Shown here: positions 9,501 to 22,129 of the stretch, one piece after another
How positions within the stretch are numbered: the first letter of the stretch is position 1
Layout of the letters: each line of letters begins with the position of its first letter
From: Marsupella aquatica
Lineage: Eukaryota > Plantae > Marchantiophyta
Reading direction: 5' to 3'
Assembly: GCA_973895155.1 (NCBI GenBank)
Contig: OZ316896.1
Coordinates: forward strand, 12,318,549 to 12,382,548
Length of the DNA stretch: 64,000 nucleotides
The notes under the pieces: generated by a model
The model's database searches: none
What the model saw: only the letters and a program-made list of their open reading frames with translations
What the model was told of the DNA's origin: nothing
Program-made: the position numbers and the translations under genes

Positions 9501-11079
9501 TTCGGCCAGGTGACATTGAGAAGATAGCTTGGGGTGCAGCAGCGTAGTATTAGCTAGATTTCTCCCGGGAGGAAGATCTGGCAACTTCACCTTGTATAGC
9601 TTGCTACGAGGATCTCTATAGCCCTTGAGATAGGGTTGTGATGGTCTATTTAAATCAAATATATAGCAGCTAGATGAATTGAACAACACGGAGTGGCCTT
9701 GATCAGTGAACTTGCCAACGGAGAGTAAATTCCTAGTAATAGACGGTACATACAAAACATCTCGAATAGATTTATTTCCTGAAAGTGGAATACATCCGGA
9801 TCCTGTGACTGGCATTTTAGAGCCGTTGGCCGTCAGAACAGTGGAGGTAGAAGCGCCTCCAGTAAGATTCACAAAACCACTATTGTCTCGACTAATGTGA
9901 GTTGAGGCTCCACTGTCAAGAATCCAGGTCTTGTCTTCAGTGCTGTTGACATCAAGTTCACTGAGCATTGCTTCAATAGTGAGTGAAGATTTGGGATCAC
10001 TGGATTCGCCAAACTCAGAGTTGTTGTCTCCAATGTCCCCCTCAACAAAGTACGCCTTGGATGCGGGAGTGGCTTTGATGTCTTTGATTTTCGAGTGCAG
10101 GTCCTTCAACTGAGACACAAACATCGTCTTGATCTCTGTGTCAGCCGTTTTAATGAAGCAGTCAGCTTCCCAGTGGCCTCGCTTCCCACAGAAATTGCAG
10201 TTTCGTCTATCTGGTCCACCATCATATGCTCTATGAGGTCTTCCTCGGTCATGACATCCCTTTCCGCGTCCACGATGACCTCTACTTCCCTCTCCACGTA
10301 TTGGGTAAGTGAGGGCAAGCAAGGATTGCTCATCAGCTTTGTTGTGTGGTTTACGACTGAATTCTTCAGCTTGTAAATACTCCTGACTCCAGATCTGCAA
10401 AAGTGGCTAGAGGATCCTTGGCATACTGTATGACACTATAGACTGATTTGAACGCAGCCTAGCTTGCTAGCAAATTTCTTAGCACAATATGAATGAGGTC
10501 CTTGTCGTCTATTTCCTCTCCTATGCTGCCTAGTTGCATTACGTGGTACTCGATCTTCTTGAGGTAGGCCTCCACTGAGGACCCCTCACTCATGCGAGCT
10601 TCAGCAAGAGCGGACTTGAGATCCAGCTTTTGCTGGAGTGCTGATGACTCAAACTTTTGCTTAAGGATAGCCCACAGCTTGGCAGGATCCTTACTAAGCC
10701 TTCGAACGATAGGAATAATAGAAGAATGGAGGGTCTTGGTAAGTATAATGATTACCCTGTCCTTCTGCTTCTAGACGTCAGCAAGGCTCTTTGATGCACC
10801 TGGTGCGGGTCCACTGGTAGCTGCAGGTCGCTGCTGAGCATCGCCTCCTTCAGAAGATGCTGATGCTGCGCTTTGTGCTTGTGAGGGAGTATGCTGCTGG
10901 GCAGCGTTACTTCCTCCAGCTGTTGGAGTAGGTGTATTCATGGTGGGGTCGACAATCTCCCATAGGTCTCTTTCTCTCAGAATTTGCTCAACATAAAAGG
11001 ACCACACAATGTAATTGTGTGCCCCAGTTAACTTGTCGCTATCTGAGAAAGAGAGCTTGGTTGCGTCGCCTGAAGCCAT
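6582..11079 (-). pseudogene. gag-pol: gag-pol of Copia B with several stops and frameshifts
   Basis: Gag N-terminus KLTGAHNYIVW, zinc knuckle CNFCGKRGHWEADC, protease WILDSGAS, WHQHLGH..CETC, integrase HSDLCGP/LRSDRGGEY/QNGVAE, RT YEETFAPV/FVDDLL, RNase H FTDSDW/CDNMSA. Confidence 0.96.
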
Positions 11080-11129
11080 GGTGATTAACGCTTACTCTAT
11101 CAGTATGAGTCTGAGGATTCCAGAACCTG

Positions 11130-11141
11130 GCTCTGATACCA
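11130..11141 (-). other. Primer-binding site (tRNA-iMet) of Copia B
   Basis: Reverse complement TGGTATCAGAGC abutting the 5' LTR. Confidence 0.95.
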
Positions 11142-11450
11142 TGTGTAAGTTTTCAATATGTGTGAAACTTAATTAATCGGGAGCGCTGAGGCTCATTATA
11201 TACAACTTAAGTGAGAGCGCAAGGAGGCACCAGCGGCAAGCAAGCAGCCGACAGGGATAATCCCGGGATCAGACTAACTAATTACGGTTAGGACTGTGCT
11301 AAGTGGGGCGCAGTCAGATTGATCCAGAAACGGATCTAGGGAAGACTTCCTACCGACTAGTGCAGCGAGTCCGAGACAGCCAATAAAGTAACAACTCCCG
11401 CCAATGAGCCAAAGGGAGTCAGCAACGGACAGGACTGACAAATTCCAACA
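11142..11450 (-). repeat. 5' LTR of Copia B
   Basis: Direct repeat of 5505-5816, followed by TSD TGTTA. Confidence 0.95.
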
Positions 11451-13410
11451 TGTTATTCTCTCCCTCTGCGCAAAGTGAGAACTCTTCACCAACTTAAAGA
11501 AATCGTCTAGTGTAGAAATCATCTTGTTTATATCAAGGGATTCCTCATATTGATGTACCTTATAACTAGGGACGACTGTTATCATCTCCCTCTACGCAAA
11601 GTGAGAACTCTTCAGCAACTCAAAGTAAGCGTTGGTGTAGAAACGGATCCTCTATATTTTGAAAGAGAAGACGGGGCACCACATATCGTCAGCTGAGAAG
11701 TGAAATCAACGCCTCCGCTTGTGACAGATTCCAAGGCTGCAGTTGTTCTCACAAGTGAACATAATGTCGTGTGATTGGTTGGCGTGTACTATCGAGATAC
11801 CGTCTATTTGTCACTTTCATTTTTGGCTCACTGGTTCAATGCATCGAAGGACGGAAACAACTCAGCGTGAGTCTCCTCGTGGCTCCTCCAAGTGAGGGTT
11901 CGGCAAAGTGAAGAATGATGCGGTGGCCATGTGTTTCCCACAATCGTTATTTCTTCGTGTGGTAATGCAAGGAAGCGCTCAGACCCTTAGCTATTCTGAT
12001 GTATTGCAGTCAGAAAACTATATATCGAGTTCATCATAGCGATCACTCGCAGATCACAAAGAAATTTCACGAACCGATAGTGCTACTTCGAAATCACCAG
12101 TCACACAAACGATAGCAAGCTATTGACCAAACCTGTCTATGAGATAAAACTGTTGAAGCTACTCTTGATGCAAGAAGCGAAGCTATCCTTCCCGATTTAC
12201 AGCAATGGATGAGATATCAAGAAGCTATGCTGTCCGAATTGAAGAAACAACATGATTCAATTACATAGTTTTAGCTTGCGTTCGAGTACACAAATGATAA
12301 AGTATCCAACAAAACGTACCATACTTCCTAGCGTGTCAAGGAGGAGGCCTAGCGAGGGCTGGATTGAATCTTGCTTCAAAATAACGGGCCTCAGACTAGA
12401 GAGAGAAGGCACCAGCCATCACAGTGAGAGAAATCAAAGAAGCCCTTTTGTCACATTGAGGTACTTCATATCAGATTCCGTAAGCGCTTAGGCATTCAAT
12501 CCATAACACTTCAGCTCTACCAGTCTGGACTTCGTCATCAATATTTCACTTCAACTGTTTACTTTGTAATCCGCCATCGCTACTCACAAAGATATCTTCC
12601 TCTCAGATTATTACTCCCATGGCGGCTAAGAGGAGCAATGAAAGCACGACTCCTCACATATTTGCTTACTTCGGGCTCGTAACTTCCCTAAAGAACTTTG
12701 AGAAGTGTCCACAAATTCTCCTTTGAAATGCACAAACGTGCACTGACAGTTCAGTTCAATGTATCTTAGGCTGCCCCGGCTGTGCAATATCTGCCACAGA
12801 TCGAGATGGGGCAAATCTGGCCAAGAACATGCACAATCGCTCCCCAGGCCATCATTCACATAGCCGTGCATTAGGTCCCTGAGTGCAGATACCTTGCCAA
12901 TTACATAGGTGCGAATGTTACCAACAAAGGCAGAGGAATCCAAAGGGGATCTCCTCTTCTTCTGCAGGGATTGAGTCCTTTAAATCGAAACAAAACTACC
13001 AAGCTAACTTGACCTGCACAGTTGAATTGGTTCACAAAACAAAATGAACTGGCAAGATTCTTTCACCTGGTATCCTTAATTAATAGCTTGTTTCTCAATC
13101 ATGAAACAACAGTCTTGAACTAAATGCATTTTTGTGCGACCAACACGGCAGATGAGCGCTTCACTAGAACAACACAAACTGTCCAACATCACAAGTCACA
13201 CCACTCGGTATGATATCGTTTACAATAATGGTTTCAAGACATTTTGGAGACCATCAGTTCACGGCAGAGCCAAAATTTACATTTCATGAAGGTATGCATA
13301 TCTAATTGGAATCAGGGTGCCCAGGAGGGTTCACTTGGGAACTCAGCAAAACCGTCATTTTCAGGACTTTCTAGTAATCCCAGCAATACTACTTTCAATA
13401 TAAATCTTGC

Positions 13411-16400
13411 CTAAAATGGTACAGTCCAGTTTGTAGCATTGTAAATCTTCTTAACATGCTTGGATTTAGGAAATATAAATGCCAGCAGTCTCAGGGAAAA
13501 TAAACTGAAGGTCAAAATACACAAAAATCCTCCTATAGAGGCTGTGATGATAGTCAATGATCCACCGGTGGATGTAGGGTTAGCACTCACAACTGCAATG
13601 GAGCTCGAAATAAAAGCTGTAAGTACAAAAATGATTGATGGGAATAATAACGTGACTGCCATGGCCACCATAAACCGAGTTCGTTGCACTTCATCTTTCA
13701 TCTGTTGTTGTGGAACAGGAATGGATGGGATCAAGGATAACGTGATTGCAACGATTGCAAGATAAAATGACATGGTATCACAAAAGATGAATATTCTCAC
13801 CCAGAGGTTCGCATCTTGGATTTGAGAGAGATCTCCTGCAATTCCCATAGGCGGTTGGAGGGGTCCGACATATGATGCAGTTGCTACCAACGTAGCTGTG
13901 ACTGAGATTGCATTTGCTGCAGAACTCAATGTGCGTTGGGCTGAATCAAACTCCGTGGCCTGCCGTGTATACCACCAAGAAAGAAAATTTGAATTCCTGC
14001 TCAATTCACCTTGAGGATATGGAGGTTGTTTTTTCTTATTGGTCTTGAAAATATCACAACCTGCTTGCAACAATAGATTAATACAGCCTTTCCTTTCAGC
14101 TAGAGCATCATCATGTGAAATCTCTTGTTTGTCTATTAAATCATGCCGCCATTTCTCTATGTGTTCAATATTTACAAAGTGCATTAAGTTTGGCTCAAAT
14201 TTGACAATATGGATCACTTTGAGGGCATGATGAAGTGCGCTATTCCCGTCCCAGTCTTCAACATAAGGGTCACAATCAGGATCATCAAGAATCAATTTCA
14301 GCATGTCATAATTGCCAGCATTTGCTGCAATATGGAGGGCTGGCCATGGCCACTTTTCCTCTGTTCTTGACAAGTGCAGCTTGGAATTCAAGTGGTATGC
14401 ACCCTGTCACAAAATGAAAACGATCAGCATGATTCTATCCTAAGAAAGTCAAAGGAAAAATAAATCATGTGAGTTATATATGAGAAAAACTTCATAATGG
14501 TTATAATGTGGTACCATACTATAGTTTTCGCTTCCTTTTATATCTAAGGGAGCAGAACGACTCACAGATACATTGGGGATTTTTGATTATTTTCCTAGTT
14601 GGAAACTACATGCGTCAACTTAAAAATGGGATCTACGTTTTGAAAAAAGTGTGTATAAGTGTAAAATTTCAAACAATATGGCAGACTTGCACAAAAATAA
14701 TGTTCCTTTCAAAATATAATGAGAGTGCAAAGAAAAAAAAGGAAAATGCAAAGAGAACTCAAGGGTAGTTCTGGCTTAGGGGAAAAACCATTTTCCCTCC
14801 TACAATCTATCCAATACAGCATAAGCTAGAGAAAGGAGTCTAGAGTGAAACCAATAGACTGTGACTATCAGGCCATACCTAAATTTGGGGGTGGGGTGAA
14901 AAAGGAACTGGAAATGGCCACCAAGTAGGGGGCCCATGTCAAACAATAACTCACAATGAACTGGAACACAATTGCTGGTTTCAGCAACTTTAATGACTCT
15001 AATCGCCATACCTCTAACATTACAAAATAATAATGGAAAGAGAACAGGTAAGTCACCCTGAACTTATTATTATTAGGCTGCTAGACTCATCTGGTTCGGA
15101 GACTCATGCCGTTTTGGGAGACTCGCCTCTTGAACATTACAAAACAAAAATGCAGGAAGAATGGGTCTGAGTGGTCGAGCATCACGTACCAGCGGCAAAT
15201 ACCTCATCTCCTCTGGGTCCCCAACAAGTGCGGCCAGCTCCGCTGCATGAAGTTCTACACTCTTCTTACTCAACGACCGCCTATCCATAGGGGTCCAGTA
15301 GCTCCAGCGAAATACCGTTTCCAGGCCCCAATCTTCAACGAATTTTGACAACTTGTCGTAACTCCTATGTAGCCTCCAGAGTCCACTGTGGAGGATGGCC
15401 GACTGGAGGGGGCTTGCTTCAACGGTCCATGCCGCTGGCTCCTCGTTATCGCAAACAGTTCCGTCCCCCAAGCCGGTCTGGCTGTCGGCCATGTACCCAA
15501 CGAGTCTTCCGTCATTAGTCCAAGCTTGGACAACGCTGGGGATCGGGTGGCGCCATTGCTTACGAACGAGGGGCGCAAGCTTCTTGCCGCCTCCCGCAAA
15601 ATCAAGCAAGTCTCTCAGGGCCGAATATTGTCCGATCCCGAAGGCGTAGTGTACAGCCGTCCTGCCTGCGCCATCACATGCGGTCATGGCGCATTGGGCA
15701 ACCTCGTGTTCCGCTTCGCCTTTCCCTTCATCACTTCCAAGAATGCGGACGATATTCCCACTACAGTAGCGGTCAATGGCGGCACTCAACGGAGTTCTCC
15801 CCTGCCCATCCTGAAGCTTCAAGAGGAAGCGCCAAGTTGAGTCTGAGCACGACCGAACAGCCGTCCACAAGGCTCTTGCAAAGTGTAACGCCGGTGTGCC
15901 CTCTCGCTGATATTGGCAAAGCGAGAAGTGGAAAAGGTACTCCTGCCAGGGGAGGAAGTTGAAATCTCGGTCCTCTTCATACAGTCTCAAATACTCTGCC
16001 CAGCTATGCGCACCTGATAACTCATGGACGACTCGCTCCGTTGCTCCTCTTAAATTAGCCCTATGCTCCCTGTCCTTCTCGCTTTCCTCCGTGACATCAA
16101 GAGCTGGAAGTCGATTCCTTCCCATGGCGTACAATAGCATCAGGATGATCTTGCGGTTACCGTATAGTACTGCCATTGCGAACGCGGTTAGCTTGTACCT
16201 CCCATCCTTGCAGTCGAGAAGAGTTCTCTCTTTACCATTGGGATGCTCTCGTACAAAGCTGCTGTCATCGACTCGACGTTTCCATTTGTCAACCGCGAGC
16301 CGAGCAATCTCCCGACTCTTCTCGTCTCCGTCACGTTTTGACTGCCTTATGCTTGATACAGCGTTTCGAAAGCCAAGACCTCCACTCGCTGAGCCAGTGT

Positions 16401-16992
16401 GATCGACTAGACGTTTCCAATCGGCAACCGCGAGGCGAGCAATCTCCCGGCTTTGATCAACTTCCTCAGGTTCTGATCGGCTTATGCTTGGTACACCGTC
16501 TTGAAAGTTAGGACTTCCATCAGGTGCGCCAGTCTTATTTGCTGGCTGTCCGTCGCTTCTAGACACAGACTGATCAGCAACAGCTGAGCGAGTCGACTTT
16601 GCTGGCTGTCGATCACCTTCCCCCGTGGTGTTATCCTGAGAAGGATCAGCAATATTGTTGTCATTCGTTTGAGCCTCCTTAGTCTCTGCGAGATCTGGTT
16701 GACCCGTACATCTACGTCCGTCTTCGTCTTCCTTCGTTGAATATTTGCGGATGACTACCTTACAGAGTTTCAAAACTTGCTCAACGAGTTCCGCATTTCC
16801 TCGTCTCACACCCACATGAAGCGCTGTGCGCTCTTTCCATGGATCTCCCTTCCATACAAACTGTGAAGCTTCAATCCCCCATCCCACTTTTAGCAGACTT
16901 GGATGAGCTGCCAAGAGTGCCTTGACCTGCAGGCTATCTTCTTCGTCTAGTGCCTCGTACCATTGTGACAGAAGGTCGGTATCGGTTGTCAT
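13411..16992 (-). CDS. Ankyrin-repeat + PGG-domain transmembrane protein (ACD6/ITN1-like); model exons 16992-15190 and 14403-13411, ~931 aa
   Basis: Ankyrin motifs RTALHVGV, GRTPLSAA, GRTAVHYA, PALHIAA, GNSALHHA; PGG domain (ATLVATASY..LQPPMG..FIFCDTMSFYLA) with 4-5 hydrophobic helices; in-phase donor CTG|GTACGT and acceptor TGACAG|GGT. Confidence 0.88.
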
Positions 16993-17419
16993 GTTTACGC
17001 AGCAAGAACAGAATAGAACTGGTGGTAGATGCTATTATGAACTCTGGGATATTGTGAGGAAGAGCGACATGTCTGTGCGGTGAACAAAGCTGTGGATGGA
17101 GAGGCTGCCGAGACTAGAACGGAGAGAGAGAGAGAGGCTCTTTTACTCTGGCGGGCAACTGGCCAACACGGTAGGGTGGTCTTCAACTTTCCAAGATTAT
17201 AAATCCATCTCTTTCATGGGGTCGTGTCTCGAGGTCGTGATGTCCAGCGAGGTACATGAACGTTTCAGTGTCCAATATCGAGGGAGCTGTGAATGACATT
17301 AATTTTGCCAGAAGCAATATTCATGATTAAAACGAGGGCAAGGACTAAGATTGAGGGACCAACGAAGGACATTTGCCAGAAGCCGTGTTCATGATTGAAA
17401 CGAGGGCAAGTGTCCTTCC

Positions 17420-20400
17420 CAGATTCGGGATCTGATGAAATTCCAGTTCGTCATCGTACATCACACTGTAACACTTAACAATTGCCAGTCGCTGCAGGCT
17501 CACACGCTGTTATAATATTTTCGAGCCCGATTATTATAACCAGGCAATTGATTACAGACTACCATTTCCATGCCCACTATCATGCCATTGCCATTGGCTG
17601 TAAGTATGACTAGCTGTCCACGAAGAGGCTTCCGGTTAGTTCCAAACCAAAGCTGAAGTTAGTGGTTGATGTCATCAAAATAATCTACTCATTGCTGTCA
17701 TAGCGTTAGTCGAGCTTATTTCCAATCATCATTTTGCGATTACCACTGCCTTCAAAATCTGGCACTCACTGCGCCAATACTGTCACGTCTCTCAATTGGG
17801 CTAAATGTTCCGTAATCGAATCGGCCCTCTTCTTGTTGATAACTCCTGTCATCTGCCAGCCATTCCGTTCCTTGCAATGCTGTATTCAACTTGTCAAACC
17901 TTGCTGTTGTCCGCTGTTGTGTTCATCGGTATTAGACATGCTGCGGTCCTTGGTTCTATATTGGACAAGTTCACCACTCCATCGTACTTGGATCTTTTGT
18001 TTTATCCTTGCACTCTGTCCACTCTCGAGCTGATATGACTAAAACAAGGCGAATATTGTCAAACCTCACAAGTGAACGACAGGTCCACTCTGGAGATGAC
18101 TTTAGCCTAACCAACTCCGACTCCATTTCATCATCGTACACCAGAGTAGCACGTACTCTACGACTGCCAGATTTCGCATCTGATGTAATTCCAGTTCGTC
18201 ATGGTACATCGGACCGTAACATTGCCAATCGCTGCATGCCTGACATGTTACGATTTTCATGCCACGATCATGCCATTGCCATTGGCTGTAAGGCATTTTA
18301 CTATGGCTGTCCACGAAGACGCTCAAGGTTAGTTTCAAGCGTGAGAGTCATTAAAATTAATCTACTCACTGCTGTCATAGAGCTAATGAGGCATTTTTCC
18401 GAAACATTCTGCGATAACCACTGCCAGTAAAAGTGGGCACTCACTGCATCAATACGGATGTGCCCCTCAATTGGGCAAAAAGTTCAGACATCCCAAAATT
18501 GGCCCGCTTCTTTTTGATTACGCCTGTCATCTGCCAGCCATTCCGTTCGTTGCAATGCTGCAGTACTGAACTTGCCAAACTCTTGCTGTTGTCTGCTGTT
18601 GTGTACATCTTCATTGGACAAGCTCCGGCCCTTTTCAGTTCACTTGGTTCTCTAGTGGACAAGTTCATCACTCCATCCTCCTTAGATCTTTTGTTTTCTC
18701 CTTGCGCCTTGTCCACTCCCGGGTTGATATGACTTAAACAAGGCAAATGTAGTCATGCCTCACGGTGAATGACACGTCCAATTGGGGGATGACTTTAACC
18801 AAACCAACGCTGAATTTAACGTTCCTCAAAAAAGTGGTCAAGTCGAACAACAATTTTATGGCAAGATGACAAGAAAAAATGTCCTAACTCACGTACTCAT
18901 TGATGGGCAATTCGCTGGACATAATTATGGACAAAACGTATGCAGGTCGACATATGGGCACCTATGGACATAATTCGGTGAACGATGCAACTTGGTCCCC
19001 TGTGAAGAGTTCCGGGTTTGTGTTATGTTGTCTTGCTCAGCAATGCGTGCATTACCCTTCAGTTGGTTGAAATCAATCTTGAAGCATTGAATTCTCTCTC
19101 TAGTGAAAGGGAGAAGTTCGTCATTGAGGGCAGTTCACAACAGGCACTTTCAAATGCCAGGCGTCTAGTACTGACGGGAAATAGCCCAAAGATGGGAGAG
19201 ACAAAATCTGTGCTGCATTTCAAGCTTTCCACAGATATCCATTCGGTTTAGCTTCCAGTCGAAGAGCATTAAATTATTGAATACAGATTTCTGTGACAAA
19301 ATGGAACTCGTGGAGTTTCAAAGCTTTCTTTCATCTGCTCGCCTCCATTGGCTGGGCTCTCACTCATGAAACAACTGGGTAGAACTACATGCATTTTTTT
19401 GTCAATAACACGGCAAAAATAATGAGCGCTGAGACGGATCAGTAATGTTGTTGTCATCCATTTGAGCCTCCTTACTCTCTGCGAGATCTGGTTGACCCGT
19501 ACATATACGTCCGTCTTCGTCTTCCTTCGTTGAATATTTGCGGATGACTACCTTACAGAGTTTCAAAACTTGCTCAACGAGTTCTGCATTTCCTCGTCTC
19601 ACACCCACATGAAGCGCTGTGCGCTCTTTCCATGGCTCTCCCTTCCATTTAAACTGTGAAGCTTCATCTCCCCATCCCACTTTTAGCAGACTTGGATGAG
19701 CTGCCAAGAGTACCATGACCTGCACGCTATCTTCTCTGAAAAGTGCCTCGTACCATTCTGACAGGAGTTCGTTGTCGGTTGTCATCTTCACGCAGCAAGA
19801 AAAGAACAGACAATCGCAATGTTCCAATAGAACTGGTGGTAGATGCTATTATGAACTCTGGAATACTCTAAGGAAGAGCGACATGTCTGTGCGTTGAGAA
19901 AGCTGTGCATGGAGACGCTGCCGAGACTAGAACGGAGAGAGAGGCTCTTCTACTCCGGCGGGCAAGTGGCCAAAACGATGGGGCGGAATCGAATTTTCCA
20001 AGATTAATTAATCGTTTTCAGGGGCCAGATCTCGAGGTCATACTGTCCAGCAAGGTATATGAGCATTTCGAGGACGAATATCGAGGGACCTGTGAAGGAC
20101 AGATGCCACAAGCATGGTTCAATATTAAAATGAGGGCAAGGAACTAGACCCAGGACCAATATTGAGGGACCTGTGAATGACATTTGCCAGAAGCGCTGTT
20201 CATGACTAAAACGAGGGCAAATGTCCTACATAGATTTCCCATTCCTACACAGATTCCGCATCTGATGAAATGAGATTACAGTTCAGCATCGGACATCTGC
20301 CTGTAGCACTTTACCATTGCCAAATTCCAAATTTGATGATATTCCAGTTCATCATCGTTCATCAGACTAGCACCCGTTAACATTACCAGTCGCTGCTGGC

Positions 20401-21490
20401 CATTGCATTATTATAATCCACCATCATGCCACTGCCATTGGCTGTGAGGCGTGTGACTGGCTGACCAGGAAGAGGCTCACTGTAATAATTGTTGATGATG
20501 TCAAGCTTAATAACATGTGCTCGGTCTCGTTCAAGATTGAGACTAATTAAATTAATCCACTCACTGCTGGGTAGAGCTGATCGAGCTTTTTTCGAGCATT
20601 CTGCAATTACCACTTAAAAAATGGCGCTCACTGCACCAATGCAATCCATGTCTTTCAGTTGGGCAAAAAGTTCAGAGATCCCATCAGCCGGCTTCTTGTT
20701 GACAACTCCTGTCATCTGCGAGCCATTCCGTTCCTGTCATGCTGCTTTCGAGCTAGTGAACCTATTACTGTGGTCTTCGTGTTCATTGGTTTAGCTTTGG
20801 CTCTTTCCAGTTGGTTCTCTATTGGAGAGGTTCATCACTCCTTGGATCTTTTGTTTTCTCCTTCCGCTCTGTCCACTCTTGAGGTGATACGAGTAAAACA
20901 ACGCAAATGTGGTGAAACCTCACAAGTGAATGACACGTAGATTCTGGGGATGATTTTCGCCAAACCAACGGCGATTTCACATTCCCGAAAAAAGTAGTGA
21001 AGTCGACGAGCAATTTGATGGCAAGATAATAGGAGAAAAAGTCACAACTTCACTACTCATTGATGGGCAACACCACTCATTGACGGGCAAAGCTTGCATC
21101 TCCAAAACGTGACACAATTCGGTGCGCGATGCAAATTGGTCCCCTAGGAAGTGTTCTGGGTTTGTTATCTTTGTTTTGCCCAGCAAGGCTGCATTACCCT
21201 TCACTTGGTTGGAATCAATCTTGAAGCATTGCATTCTCTGTGTAGTGCAGGGTAGAAGACCTTCATTTGAGGCAATCCACAACAGGCGCTTTCAAATGAA
21301 AGGCGTCTAGTACTGACGGAAAATAGTCCACAGGACAAAATCTGTGCTGGATTTCAAGCTGTCCACAGATACCCATTCAAGTTTGCTTCCACTAGAGTTC
21401 TAAATTCTTGAATACAGATTTCTCAACTATTTACAGGACAGAGCTCTCTGCCGGGTGACAAAATGGAACTCGTCGAGTGTCAAAACTTTT
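17420..21490. repeat. Segmental/tandem duplications upstream of the ankyrin gene: ~16636-19327 repeated at ~19428-21490; an internal ~700-bp unit is present 3 times (~17420-18120, ~18170-18820, ~20250-20990)
   Basis: CCTGTCATCTGC.AGCCATTCCGTTC x3; GGCGTCTAGTACTGACGG..ACAAAATCTGTGCTG x2. Confidence 0.85.
19402..19785 (-). pseudogene. 5'-only duplicate of the ankyrin-PGG gene (first ~120 codons)
   Basis: MTTDNELLSEWYEAL..WKERTALHVGVRRGNAELVEQVLK..DPSQ nearly identical to the 16992 N-terminus, then homology ends. Confidence 0.9.
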
Positions 21491-22129
21491 GCAGCACCCT
21501 AAACCTCACCCGTTTGTACAACATGAAGCGTATCCAAAAACTTTTTAGTGAGATCGTTCTAAGGAGCTACTAAAACTAAGTGCCTGAGACACAGTAGCCA
21601 ATCACAGAAATGATACTCCACCTGCACAACGCTTACATGCTTACTTTGACAGGATGCACCTTTCTCTGCGAGCAGGTTTTTCAGAACACGGAACAGATCA
21701 TAGGGTGATCTGCACACTGTTCAATCGTAATCGAACTTTTCTCAGACAAGTTGACTCTGTACTTGTAAATTCCCTGTCCATCTTCCAGACCATATCACTG
21801 GATTGCTCTAGGGACCAATGATTTCGCTACAAAAAAATCGGATCAAAAACTGCAATCCAGGGCTCCTCCGTATTCATGTAAGTTCGATTCATCAGCTCCA
21901 TCCGTTCTGGTAATTCTAGCTGCCCAGTGACATGGTCAAACTAAATGTCCCCAGGAGGACGCCACTTGAAGGGCAGCGCCAATATTTCAGAATCTGATTT
22001 CGGCCCACTTGAATCGTTATCTGTAATTGAACGGTTATCCGGTCCATGGTTTCCAATTTTGTACATGTATTTGGACTTCTCCTCTTCATTGAGCAGAAGG
22101 GAAAAAAATTCTCAACTTCAGGGACTTTA

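Larger units (their letters stand above)
5505..11450 (-). mobile_element. Full-length, decayed Ty1/Copia LTR retrotransposon B (~5.95 kb), related to element A
   Basis: Two LTRs (5505-5816, 11142-11450), 5-bp TSD TGTTA (5500-5504 and 11451-11455), tRNA-iMet PBS, PPT, gag-PR-INT-RT-RH order. Confidence 0.97.
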
